The notes beneath the pieces were generated by a model. It saw only the letters and a list, made by a program, of their open reading frames with translations. It did not search any database and was not told where the DNA came from. A stretch of 64,000 nucleotides of DNA from positions 2,728,001 to 2,792,000 of the forward strand of contig CM022665.1 in assembly GCA_012295275.1 (NCBI GenBank). Reading direction: 5' to 3'. Below, one piece after another: positions 26,719 to 41,100 of the stretch. Numbering within the stretch: the first letter of the stretch is position 1; each line of letters opens with the position of its first letter. This DNA comes from Chrysomallon squamiferum (taxonomy: Eukaryota; Animalia; Mollusca). A program made the position numbers and the translations under genes.

Positions 26719-27596
26719 TTGTATGTTATTGATTTAAATTGGAATATATAATTTCAATGCAGTTTATAACTTTATTTATCCAAAATGCATGTTCCACAAG
26801 TATATTGTATAATTAGTCTGTATTAATTATTAGGCTGTTGTTATTGTTCACCAGTTCTGTATGTTATAAAAAATCTCAAAAGACTTGTCCTTCAAATTTT
26901 TTGCTGAAAGTTTATTTGCATATTGTTATTAACATATAACAAAACAAAGTAATACTATTGTTTTAAATGTTTATCAGCTCAGAATGTAAATAACCCTACA
27001 GTCTATTTATGTGTTGGATGGTATCGCATTTCTCCCTACTAGTGTTTTGGCATTTTAAACTGAGAAAGTTTGTGACACACTTCTAACTGTAAATGAATCA
27101 TACCAGGCTGTTGGTTCCCTGGGAAACGGAGCAATCGTGTTCCATAATTTTTGACCAATAGCAAAGCAGTTTAAGAAGCACATGTGAAAATGTTTGGAGT
27201 GCTAGAGTTCAGCCAGCAGTACTGTTGGAGTCTTGCTGTTTGTTCCACATACTAAAACAGAACAATAATAATGGATCAACATGTGTACTGTTATATAACA
27301 TTTAGCTGTAGTTAGCGGAGCGGGGATGGATTCTGATATAGAAGTCTTTCCAAGTAAATGTGTCACAAATGGCAGGGTTATGTACCACTTGGACATTGAG
27401 GATGAATGTTACCCTGTGGATATAAACCCTCTACCAACAGCAGAAGAGTAAGTGTTACTGCTAAAATTATTAGGGGGTGAATGTACTAATTTGTAACACA
27501 TGAGTAATAATGTAATGCATATAAGAATACTGGATTTCATTTATGATACTCAAGTTGATGATGATGATGGTAGTAGCAGTAGTAGTAGTAGTAGTT

Positions 27597-27629
<33 letters not shown>

Positions 27630-29760
27630 ATAAATAATTAAATTAAAAAAATACAGCTATCAATATAATTTTAAAAACCTTTTCTTTGATTAAATTTGCC
27701 AGAACATAATGGTTGTTCTCAATAAATAAAAGTTTTATTTTTGTTGAAATACTAATTTCTTGTTTTTTGGTGGTTTTTATTATTTTATTTTTTTATTGTT
27801 ATTAATTAAAAAAATTGTGTGATAATGGGAATATACTAGCTAGATTTCATGTCTGTCTTTCAGGTACTTTGTTCTTTTACATGATATCATGTAATTGTAT
27901 TTTAAATGTTTATTACCTTTTCTTTAACTTTGAATTTGTACATTTTTTATTTATATAAATTGTCAGATAATGATATTAATTATTATTTTCAGAAATGTAA
28001 TATTTAGAAAAATCTTCTTTTTGATTTTGACTTGAATAATCATTTCATAATGTGCTGACTGTTTTTCAACAAGTTAATGAATTAAGGACTGAACATTCAA
28101 ACATATTTAAAAAGGGGCATTATTGTATTATTTTTTAGAAAACTTATTTAACTTAAATCACACACACAGTTTGTTGCATACTCATAGTATTTCTATATTA
28201 ATATTAACTTACTTTGTTATCATTAGCTTGTATCAAATTTTATTCAGAATTAGATTATTGATTATATTAGAAATAATTTGATTGCCATTATAATTACTCT
28301 TAAAACATACTTTTGGGTGGTAATAATGTAATGTAAGAACTACATTAATAATAATTAGACATTTTTTACAGTGTAGAAATTGTACGTAAAATATTATTTT
28401 ACCTGTCAAAAACCAACAATGGAAGACTAAAGTTAAAACTGAAATTAGTGTAGTGCCAAAAAACTGACAAAAGTAGATCATAATATGTTTTAGCTATCTG
28501 AAATGCATGCACTCTTTTAATTAACATTACATTCTTCACACAGAGGTAGTCTGTTAAGACAGGCATTTACTTGGGTTTTTTTTTTTTGCCAAAGTGTTTT
28601 GTTCTCTAGAGATCTGGCTGTTACATTAACAACACAATGAGCAGTCTACTTGGTATCTGCATGCCACTTCAAAACCAGTTTTAAATAAAACAGTTGTTGA
28701 TAATGTTGGCATTCACAGAAACACAAACTAGCAGCTATTAGCCAAATGTATTCTTAGTCTAAAACTATTACACAGTGGTCAAGCTGGTTGATCAATCTGA
28801 TTTTAAAACCAGTTGTTTCAATCAGTGCATACACTGTCTAAATGAAATTACCACTTTAAGATGCCACAGCAAATGACAGATACTTTAAGAAAGCAATTGA
28901 TAACAATCATCCATTATTCTTAATTAATACGGAGATGGAAACTGTGATGTGATGTTGGTGACTCTGTCCTTTTCAGTGGTTCAATATCTGGTTGGCATTT
29001 AGTGCTTCTTTCTTTGGTTAAGAGTTCAGCTTTGTCTTTAGAGCTCCAGTTTATACAGATTAATTTATTAAGAATATATTTTGGTACAGAAAATCTGTCT
29101 GATTTCCTGAATGTACAGATTTCAGTTTATTCAGTATTTTATTGCAGTGAATATACAGGCAAAAATATTATATACTTACAATATATTTCTAATTCCAGTA
29201 ATTATACTAATACAGTCTTCAGTGATGGTAATGGAGGGAGATGTGTCTTCTCTTCCATTCTTCCCTACCTCAGCTACATGAGCTTGTTCATAGCACTAGA
29301 TCCCCAAACCCATTCCCATTCCCATGTTAATACCTGAATAAAACAGTGATTTCCAACAAATGCAATTATTTAATGCTATTTGTTTTGGGTTTTTGCTATA
29401 GTTGCAATATAATTAATGTTATAGTGTTTTTGGCAAACACAGTAAGCATGTTCAGCATTTTCTTCTGAATAAGTTCTGTACATTCAGCTGAGAAAGAAGA
29501 CAGGCTGCGGTTTTCATAATTCTGTAATTGCAAACAGTGGTTGCTATCCAAGAATGTTGGCAAATGATGTGTTGTTTTATGTTACTAATATGTGGTTTGT
29601 TACAGTAGGTCTGCTGAATGGTAATACAGTTTTTTTAACCTGATTTTGCAAATCTACCTATTATTTACCAGATAGGTTATGTTAAACTAGCTGTTAATCT
29701 TTGTTGTTTTTGCTTTGTGTATACAATATTAAAAAAAGCAACAAAAAACAAACAAAAAAC

Positions 29761-29800
<40 letters not shown>

Positions 29801-30986
29801 AAACATACACCTGTTATACAAATTTAATTTCTATTTTTCTTTCATTCTTTCTCTTCTTAGTTTAACTTTTGTCATCTCTTGTTACTAATTAAATTTGATG
29901 AATGAAATAATATACCTTTATTTTTTAAAAAAACCCCACAACAAATAAGAATACACTTTTAAATAAACAACACCAAAAAATTTAGAACCCTCCCTCAAAA
30001 AACCACCCCAACACAAAAACCTATCCAACTATAATAGCATTTTTTCCTGTTTTGTTGTGCTTTTATTATTGTTATTCTGTTTGTGTGTATTTATAAAAAA
30101 AAGAAAATTTGTAGAATTGTTTTTATTATTCATTTATATTTCTACTCTCATAGATTTTACAAGTTGAAGCAGCTGTTAATCACATAGTTGCTAGGAGAAG
30201 AGATTCTTAGCATTTTATTTTTACCTATATACTATGCCAATAATTATAAGGCTGAACAAATATTGTGTCCACCTGTTATAACTATTAAAATTGCAATAGG
30301 TATTTTTGGAACAGTGTGCTTCAAAATGATTTCTCGTGTTTGTTCTTGTTACTTATTTATTGGTTTCTTATTTTTATTTGCAAAGGATTACTTTTATTCA
30401 CTTGCTTACTTAGTTCTTTTTATTTTATAAGGACTTTTAGTTCATGGAATATAGTGCATATTTCACACATGGACTAGCATGTATCACCTTGTATGTTATC
30501 TATTATGCCTAAAAGGATGATAACTGTTTTACTAAGTGGTTTATGTAATAGTATAATTACTACTGACAAATATAATTTCCCTTTTCTCAGTGATATTAAT
30601 AATAGTGTATGGTAATTAGTAAATGTCTGATAGGTACAACAAATTTCTGAACAAGCCAGTCATGAATATATATTAAAAATATTGATCACACACCATTTAA
30701 CTGGTGGTTTCATAAAAAAAAAAAAAAAAAAAAAATAAAAAAAAAATCTTCTAAAAAATCAATAACTTAGGGAATCTGTTGATGCTGTTTTGTGCAGGAT
30801 GTTCTTGTTAATTTATTGGTAGTATTTGCATAGCATCTCTTCTGGCATTATCCTGTAATAATCAAATTAAATAAACAGCACTTTTAACTTAATTTATTCA
30901 TTTAAAATTACAGAGGCCAACCAAGCAACCAACAGAAATGTAATAAAATAATGAATGTTTTACAAATGACAGATATTTTTGTTTTC

Positions 30987-31025
<39 letters not shown>

Positions 31026-31186
31026 GTACAGCAATAAAAATTATTATATGTATGTAAATGGATATATTCATAAATTGAATTTTTGTCATTATTTATGTAT
31101 TGACAAAACTACACATGCATGGTATTTTAATAATGGTGTTTCTTTTTCTTTTTTTTTCTTTCCCCACCCCTCCACCAAACACATAT

Positions 31187-31237
<51 letters not shown>

Positions 31238-31588
31238 TACATGATTAATGCCATAGTAAGCGATTACATTATTTTTTAATTATTTTAATTCATTTTAGGT
31301 TTGAATGAATTTTTCATTGTTTATATGTTTTGTTCAATTATAATTTGAATTATTCCAACAGTTCTGGCCAAGAAGTGCAACGTATCAGTGTAATTACTAA
31401 CCTTCCTGAACTTCTAAAAGACAGTCATGCAGAATGTATGCGGAGAGTGGTGCCAAAAGTCAGGGTAAGTCACATTAAAAATAAAATTACAGTACACAGA
31501 AATTAAATAACACAAAAATTTAATAGGTTTATACTGCAATTTAATAATAAAATATTACTGGCAAAAAACAACAGATATAAGCATTTAA

Positions 31589-31624
<36 letters not shown>

Positions 31625-33781
31625 TTAAAATTTCTTAGTTCTGCTGGTGGTGTTGCATTAAATAAATTTTAACACTGAACAACTTTTATATTAAACTGCA
31701 TCCACCATTCTTGCCTGTTGTTCCTGCCAGAAATAACTCTAAGCCAGCTGTCTACAAAAGAATGTATATCTGACAGATGTTAAATACCCATGAGAATATC
31801 CAAAACGAACAAAAGACTTTTTTTTTTTTTTTTTTTGAGCTAATGACCCAGTATATCTTAATAACTCCATATTACATTATTTACTTCTTTTTTTTATCAT
31901 TTATTCAGTTAAAAGTTTCCACTCTTATTTCAATTCTTGTTCATCATATAAACATTTTAAATATTGTTATCGGTGGTTATAAATCCTATTTGATATCAAA
32001 TTTTATTATGATATCTTTTCAGTTTTTTTAATATACTGTAACAGTTTTAATAAAGTTGGTATCATTTTGTTTCATATGAAATTAGTAGGATGAAACTTTG
32101 TATGATTCTATCTCAAGCATTAACAAAAGAGATCTGGAGCCTTGAATGGTTACCATATGTGTAAACAATATCTTATCTCAGATGTGACTGATGTGATCAG
32201 CAAGTGAAATGTATATTATTTAAACTGTTATCCTTTTAATACTCTTTCATTTTGCAAATTTATACAAATTGAATCATAAAAGAATCATGCCAGATGTTAC
32301 ACACGTAATGTTTCTTAGCAAGATGTTGCAGGGAAGACAATAATGAGAGAGGCACTGCTATCTACACAGATCTTTCCAGGAATATCCATAAGCACATTGT
32401 TTATAATTCTCATGCTATCAGCCAGACCACATTGCCTGTGATCCTATACCATTATCTAGAGTACATTGTCTGTGATCCCCACACCATCATCTAGAATGCA
32501 TTGCCTACAGCCCTCACATCATTATCTAGAGTACATTGCTTATGATCCTACACTGTCATTTAGATTTCATTGCTTATGATCCCTACACTGTCATTTAGAT
32601 TGCATTGCTTATGATCCCTACACTGTCATTTAGATTACATTGCTTATGATCCTACACTGTCATTTAGATTACATTTTAGATTGCATTGTTTATGATCCTA
32701 CACTGTCATTTAGATTACATTCTTATGATCTTACACTGTCATTTAGATTACATTCTTATGATCACTACACTGTCATTTGGGTTGCATTGTTTATGATCCT
32801 GCACTGTCATTTAGATTACATTGCTTATGATCCTATGCTGTCATTTAGATTTCATTCTTATGATCACTACACTGTCATTTAGATTACATTGCTTATGATC
32901 ACTACACTGTCATTTAGATTACATTGCTTATGATCTTACACTGTCATTTAGATTATATTCTTATGATCACTACACTGTCATTTAGATTACATTGCTTATG
33001 ATCCTACACTGTCATTTAGAGCATATTCCTTATGGTTCCCCTGCTTCTACTTCAACACATGTTTAATACCAATACTAACAAGTTACAGCGCATTGCCTAA
33101 GACACCCACAGAGACAGGCTAGAAAACATTGCCTGGCATTATCACACCTACCAGTATTCTCATACCCTGTATCTGTGGCACAGTCTCTTACTTAGAAATT
33201 TGTATGAATTTATCTTGTTAAATTAAAGAACCAAACTCTTTCTATCATGATAAATTCTGTTAACGATGGCATAAATGGTAATGTATGAATTACCTAATTT
33301 GATTTATTAAAACTATTCAGAACTGGTTCAGCATAAGAATAGAAAGAAAAGGCAGAAAATGATTGTTATTTTAGTATATGTGAGTTGTGGAGTGGTGTGA
33401 GGTCTTAAAGCTAGCTGGAATATTGATTCATCATTGATGACTGTTCAGTCAGTGTCTGGCTGCTTTCCAAACTGGAGGATTCAAAAGCTTCTCTTAATGA
33501 TGCAGCAGTCTTAGGCTACACATAATTTGTCATTGACAAAACAGTAATATACATCATGCTGTGATAAAACGAATAATAGAAACATGTTCAGTAATAATTT
33601 GGTATCACACAGATTTCTTCTATCTTACTGTCAGCTGTGTAAAATAAAATAAATATTTAATTGAAAATCTGGGTGCATTTACTCAGTGTTATATTCAGCC
33701 ATAAATCATATATAATTATTTGAGAGGTAAATCATATCCAGTGGATAACCTGTTCAAGTATTAATCTTGAAACCAGCAATG

Positions 33782-33846
<65 letters not shown>

Positions 33847-34107
33847 TGCTTTTATGATTAAAAAATTAACTTCTGTACATAATAACTCAGAAAATAAATT
33901 AACAGAAAAAATAAAATAAAATAATAATACTAATAAAATAACAAATAAATAAATAAATAAAAGAATAAAATTCCAGACCAGTTTTAAAATTCAAGTACTT
34001 TTTCTTTTTTATTACACATTTTGCTCATTGTTTACAATTGCATTTCCTTTCTTGATATCGGCTGTCAAATGTATTAAGTTCGGTGTTGCTTTCTCTCTCT
34101 CTATCTC

Positions 34108-34155
<48 letters not shown>

Positions 34156-35095
34156 TAATATTATTTTTATATATTTAAATTTTAAAAAAATGTTTTTTTA
34201 ACTTTTTACATTTATTAAAATTTAAAGCTTAGATCAGAGTTTGGAAAAAACCTCTGCTTTTTAGGAGTATTAAAATATTGCCCTTTTTTGCCTATTGTTT
34301 TCAGACATAAATTTCTGCCCATATCTCTGTACTTGATAGTTGACATTTTCTTTTTAAAACTGTTTTTGTTCTGTGGATATAAAAACAAAAAGAGAAAAAA
34401 TGTGACTGCAGATGTCATAAATTTATATAATATATGGTATGATAAAAAAGTAACAAATATGATAATTAAAAAATATTGGTATCATTTCTTTGGTTACAAG
34501 CAGAATAATAATTTGCTCAAAGATTTGAAAAAAATAAAATAAAATAAAAATAGAAACAACAACCCAGAAAAACCCTACAAAAAAACAAACATGAAACAAC
34601 CCCCTAACCCCTCCCCACAACAACAACCAACAACTAATAACATAAAAACAAAAACATAACACATCTGATTGAAAACCAGATAAATATATATTTCACATCT
34701 ATATTTCAGGAGGTACTGCATGTGGCCCAGTCAGAGATGCAGGTTGCAGCATCATCGGCTTTCCTTCAGATTCTTCAACGAGAACTTGTGCCCATCCACA
34801 ATTATACCCAGACATTCCTTCAGACAATATTATCCAGTGTTAACAGCAAAGATCCAGGTTAGTTGTCACATAAGCATACTAAATTATATTCATTATTTGT
34901 TCTAATTTTGTTTGTTGGAAATTATTAACTTATTGCTAATTCAATTTTAAAACAGTTGCTTGAGAGCAGAAATAATTTGTAACCTTCTTTGTTGCATATT
35001 GATTACATTATTTTCACTTTGGCATTCCTTTCCATATCAAAATTTCCACTGTCTTTTTAAATATTTAAAAAATTATACATCAGTTTTATTATATC

Positions 35096-35137
<42 letters not shown>

Positions 35138-38100
35138 AATAATTTTTTTATTCAGTAAATAATTTATAAAGGGATTGATTTCCTGGACCGCTGTTAGGCT
35201 GTTTGGTAGATTGATCAGCAGATTACTTTCAGCATGTGATTTCTATCCATGAATGATTGACTTTCTTGACATCCCAGATGATGATTTAGATGTTATTTCC
35301 ATAATATTTTATGCTGCAATATTGAATGAAATAAATTTGGTCAAAACCATTTATTTGGAATGTTTTTCATGTGCAATTTATACTGTTAAATTATAATCTT
35401 TAATAGAGTTTATCAGATAAACACAATATCATTTTAAAAATGACAACCTTTAAATATTCTTTGTCCTCTTTTTAACATTGTTTATTTATTAATTTTTATT
35501 AAAAGGATAAAAATAGTTTTATCAACATACCATTTTTATTTTTCCCTAGACATTGTACATGCAAAATTAGTAATTATATGCTCAAAAGAAAGAAATGTTG
35601 CTGTTTTTTCTTCTCTTTTATTTATTTGTTTCCTGTTACTTTTTTCAATATAGATAAGTCTTAGCATCAGAGCCAAATAAAAAATTAAACTTTGATAGAA
35701 TGCACAAACATTCCAATTATATATTTAAAAAAAAAGAGGAAAAAAGTAAGAAAAATCAATAAACATAAATCTCTGCCAACTTTCAGATGTTGTTTAGATC
35801 TTGCCTGCTATTGAATATTATATACTGGAAAACAGAAGACCAATAATAACAAACTGATCAATACTGATATCTTATTTTATTCTTTTTCACATTTAAACAG
35901 AATACTAAAAGATTCGGTCTATTTGTTATTTTGTTTCCCGAATAAAACTTTTTAAATAATGATTTTGGATATGAGGCATTTTCAGTGTTTCATACCATGG
36001 TAACAAATGGCATAAATTACCAGTCTTTCTATGCTGAGCACTGTATCAAAATCTTCCTAAAAATGTTTAATTACACCAATCTACTAGTCAAAATTAGTTT
36101 TGTTCTAAGTTTGCAGTTCCTATTAAACAGAGCACAAAGTAATAATTTTCTGTCATTTGTGTAATTTTTAAATATTTCATGCAAAATGACTTGAATACAA
36201 AATCAGAATTCTGCTGATAAAAATGAGCACAAAGTCACCTTGTAATCAATGTAGGATTGTTGTTTTTTAAATTTCAGCAGGTTGGGCCAGGGAATATTGA
36301 TTCCTTATGTCTTTTTCTTACTGCTCATTTCTGTGGTGGGAGGAAGTTAACAATAAAATAAATAACCATCAAAACCATAAATGAGAGAGTTAAAGATCTT
36401 TAAATCATTTAAAATATTGTTTAAGTTAGTCAGTGTTATCTCTGTTAACAAGAAATTTCTCTGCTGTGTATCAGTGAAAACTCAAATTGATATTTTTTAT
36501 TACTTTTTTTTTTTTAAATACATGTTCACATCATTTAATACAGTTTCTTTTTATAATTGTGTATTAAATAAAATCAAAGCTTAAAATTCATAAAAGTACC
36601 ATCAACAGCTTCGATTTTCTGCACAAAACAAATTAAATTATTAAAATTAACAGAAGACTAATTCTGAAAAACAAACAAATAAAAAAAAACCTTCAGAAAA
36701 ATAACAACAAAAAGAAATCAGAATTAGATTTGTGTATAATTATTTAAAAAATTAAAAACATACTGTGACACTAATTAAGTTCTGCTGGCAAATTTTAAAT
36801 AAAACTGATCAATAATGCCCTTTTCAATCCTTTTATTTTAACATGTAATTTGCAGTTCACAGTACATTAAACAAAACACACATTCACACACACACATATG
36901 AAAAAAAAATAAAAAAAAAAAAAAAAAACACTAGTACTTGGACAAACAGTTATTGTGGGTCTACAGGAAATTAATACCTTCTTTTTCTACTATTGCAGAC
37001 AGATTTTGGAACAAAATTTCATCATTACATATTTTGTTGTTTTTACTCTTTTCTGTTCTTCCAGGTTTTATTTTTTCATCATACACACATGCATGCACAC
37101 GCACACACACACACACACACACCTGCATGCACACACAACTGATTTGTTTTTTGTTTTTCTCATATACAGAGGTATATTTTTTTGCTGAGGAAATTACTTG
37201 TTTTGCATTGCATTTTAATTTAATTATTTTTCTTTTTTTTTCTTTCAGGTTAGGATTAGGCTTAGAATATGCAACAGTTAAATTCTTGCTGTTGTAGAGA
37301 TGTTCGTGATTTGTCTTAAATTAATAGTCTTCTTTAAACTGGCCAGTTCTTTGCATTTACTGGTCTAATTATTGTTCTTTTTGCAGAGGTTGCTAAATGT
37401 TGGCTAGACACTCTGTTAGATGTGATTGAACTTCTACCAAAAGAGGTCATTAAATCGGATGTAAGTAAAGATACTGTTTTTTGTAACTTACGCTGAAAAC
37501 ATTTCAGTAAACATATTGCACAAGAAATACTAATTCATCAAATATTATTGTTTTATATTAAATTATTAATTTTATTTACAGTGGAAAATGGATATTGGTA
37601 ACTGATTTGTCTGTTATTATTCATAATAAAATTACAGTCTCATGCGAGAAATAGATTTCCCAGGAAATCAATATTTTCCCAAAACATGCTTTTCTTTGTT
37701 GTTTTTTTGTTTTTGTTTTTCATCTTTGTTCTTTTTTTAAATTTATTTATTTATTTTTATTTTTTATTTTTTACTCTGAATATTTTGGAAATAAATAAAG
37801 AAAGTCAAATGTATTTGAAGAAAATTCAAGGAAATGTCTGAAATGATCAGTATGAAAGAGGGATAGGACATTATACTGAATAATGTTTTAATGCACCATT
37901 TATATTGAAGGTTAATATTAGAATTCATATTTTGAAAAAATATTTAATTTCTATTATGAACTCAGTAATGATTAGCTGTTGTAATTTTATAATGGTATAC
38001 AAATTAGTTAAGTTGGAACTTTATTTAAAACATTTCTCTTCTCTTTATTAAAAATATTTGAGATTTCTAATAAGAACCTCTCATACCTCATCTGGATGAT

Positions 38101-41100
38101 TCAAGTTAATGTTTTGCTAAGAAATTATCCACAATATTTTCCCAGATATTAACTCCGTTTAACTCACTGTTTTGTATTATGTGATTCTTATTTTTAATAC
38201 TGTATTTTGTTGTAGATACTTGCTATTGCCATTTCTAAAGGTCAGTTGTCTCAGCCAGTGCAGTCCAGATTATCATGTTGTAAGATACTTGGCAAAATTG
38301 CAACAAAATTTGAACCCTTTGTGTAAGAGAAACAATTTTCATTACTTTTATGAAAAAAGAATAGTGTATTGATGTATTAAATGCAAATTAAAAGTTAAAA
38401 GCTAATATTGGCTGCTGATGAATTCTTTTTATCTTACGTTAGCTTTATTTTAAAAAAAACAGTTCCTAGATTTATAGATCACGTTGCTAATTTATGTTGA
38501 TTGATATATAGTGTTTAGATTTCTGATATTGAATTTTTTGTATTTCAGAATTAAAAAAGATATTTTGCCAGTTGTTCAGTCTTTGTGTCAGGATGTTGAC
38601 TATGAAGTACGTGGATGTATGTGTTATCAACTTGATGCAGTTTCCAGAGGCCTTGGGTATATACATTGCTGTTTTCTTAGTTAATTTTTTTTGTTTTTTA
38701 ATCAAGAAAGAACTTTAGATATGTAGTAAACAAATAAAGAATTAAAAATATTGCTGTAGCCAAATAAACCAGAATGAGACTTTAAAACTACATCTTAATA
38801 TATAATAAATATGAGTAATAAATGTTTTTGGTATTATATTCATAAGAAAAACCCCCAAATAGATAACAGTATTCAAAATATTGAGATTCACTGTGACTGG
38901 ATTGATTCTGTTGATCAGTTATATAGATTATTTTATTTCTGCTGCATGGAAAAGATATTGCTTACATTTTATTCATTATGTTCAAAAAGATTTTATAACA
39001 GTTTATTTCACATCAAATATTGTAACCTCCACTGTCATCAGTTTTATCATTTCTTAAGGTTGTTGACATCTTAAAATTTGGGGGTGCAGTGATGTAATTA
39101 ATATGGATAAAATTTTGCAGATTATAAAAAGCATTCATAAGTCATACAGTTATAAAATGTGGACATGTTCATCTGTTCATGTTGATTTTGAGTTTTTATA
39201 ATTTATTATATATTCAAATGTAATTTATCTATGAATAAATATTAACATAAAAATTAACATTTCAGGCTTGAGTCTACAAAAAGTGCAATACTCCCTGAAC
39301 TGGTTGAGTTGACAAATGACGAGGAGAGTTATGTCAGAACTGCTGGCCTTGAAACTGTTGTCAGCATTCTCAGTTTACTTGATGATGGTATTTAATTTTA
39401 AATAATACACCAGTTACTATGTTTGCCTCATTTTTACTCAAATGCATTTTTAGAAGCCATTTATTTATTTTTAATATTCAGCATTAAAAAGTTAAAATTT
39501 GTTTACAAAGAAGATGGATTAGATGATAAAGGTGTTTCCAAAATATAAGTGTAAAGAAAAAAACTTACTTACAAGCAGCAGTCAGTTGTAGATTTAACAG
39601 TATTTCATAAATATGTGTAACAATATTTTTCAGAAACCTGTAGTTCAACGATCATTCCATTGCTTTGCAAGTTCTGTCAGCAAGCCATGCAAGCTAATGA
39701 TTCAACACTTCCTGTTGTTTCTAAGCAGCTCGGAAGAATTTGTCATCAGCTTTCAAGTAGGTTTAATTTTGAGTTAAATTCGTTCAGTGACTAATTTGTA
39801 TCATTTTACCATGCTAGTTTTGATTAGTAAAGATGTTGTTTTCATTTTTTTTTTCAAAGGAGCTCTCACAGATGATGAAAAGGAATGGTTTCTGGACTAT
39901 TACAGAAAAATGAGCAAAATTGGTAGATCTGAAAAGTCGAAATCTAAAGACGCTGAAAAAGAGTCTGTTTCAAAGGTGAGAGAAACTGTTTAGTTCTGTT
40001 TTAAATACAGATATTCAGAAGCCATGTTTTATTTAAGCAGATGTCAATCATTTATTTATTTTTTATAGATCAGTATCATACAGTCAGATCTGTTGGGGTT
40101 TGTACAAAAAAGAAGTAAATATGAAAATAAAAATAATATGAATTCAAGCAAATTAATATTTAAAATGAATAATATTTATTTCTTTTCAGATTTACCTTAT
40201 TCCAGAATATTCATCAGAGGAAGATTCTTCTATTGAATGCCGAAAGAATTGTGCCTATAATTTTCCTGTAAGTACAAGACACTACACTGATGACAAAAAA
40301 AAACCCACAAAACTCTTTTTATGTATAATTTAGTGAGAGTTTTATTTTTTTATTTTTTGTGGGGTGGGGGTCTGTTTATTGTTAGTGTCAATATCATTGT
40401 TGTTCTTATTCTTATTATTGTTATTTGTTTTCACTTTGGGGTTTTTCCTTGTTATCAAGCATGATCATTAAGTTCAAATGATTTCCACTGATATGCAATT
40501 TTTTTTAGACTGATTTGTAGATTAGTTGACAAAGATTTATAGTAAATAATGCCTAGCTAATCTTAGTGGAAGAATAATGTAACTATTAGGTTAATTAATA
40601 TTAGTATTTCTTGTAGTGTGAATGATAAATTCCTCAGTTTTTTTTGTTTCCTATTATTATAGGTTAAAAATAAGTGTTCATATTTATTTTTATTTTACAT
40701 TTCAGGCTATGGTTCTTTTTGTTGGCGCAAAGCAGTTCAAAGTTAGTTTGTACGGTACACTGACAAATCTCTGTACAGATCCAAGCATTGTTGTGAGAAA
40801 AACTATTTCAGCTGGCTTCCATGAGGTAATTCAGTAATAAATACTTAATTTACTTTCTTCTCGGTGGCCTATAAATTATTGAACTGTTATAAATTCACTG
40901 GAACATTCAGACAATCATAACTGAAAATCTGGAGGTTATTTTACAGTGGCTATAAAGTTTTACTTCTAGGTATGTGCTTGAGCATTTTCATCACCTTTGA
41001 AAGATGTCATACATTAGTTTTTCATATATGTCCTTAAATGATATTATTTAATATGTAGGATGGACTTTTTGTTAATGAAGATGGTGATTAACTTATTAAA

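Noticed and set aside
29563-29603. Second possible alternative first exon of PPP4R4 (MMCCFMLLICGLL, phase-2 CA|gtaggt)
   Set aside because: Very short, with a weak donor and little promoter-like CpG signal; easily arises by chance in an 11-kb intron.
32393-33030. ~34-bp repeat array resembling a CRISPR array in unit size; also ORF 32640..32882
   Set aside because: Units are contiguous with no unique spacers, there are no cas genes, and it lies in a eukaryotic intron. The ORF is a by-product of the repeat.
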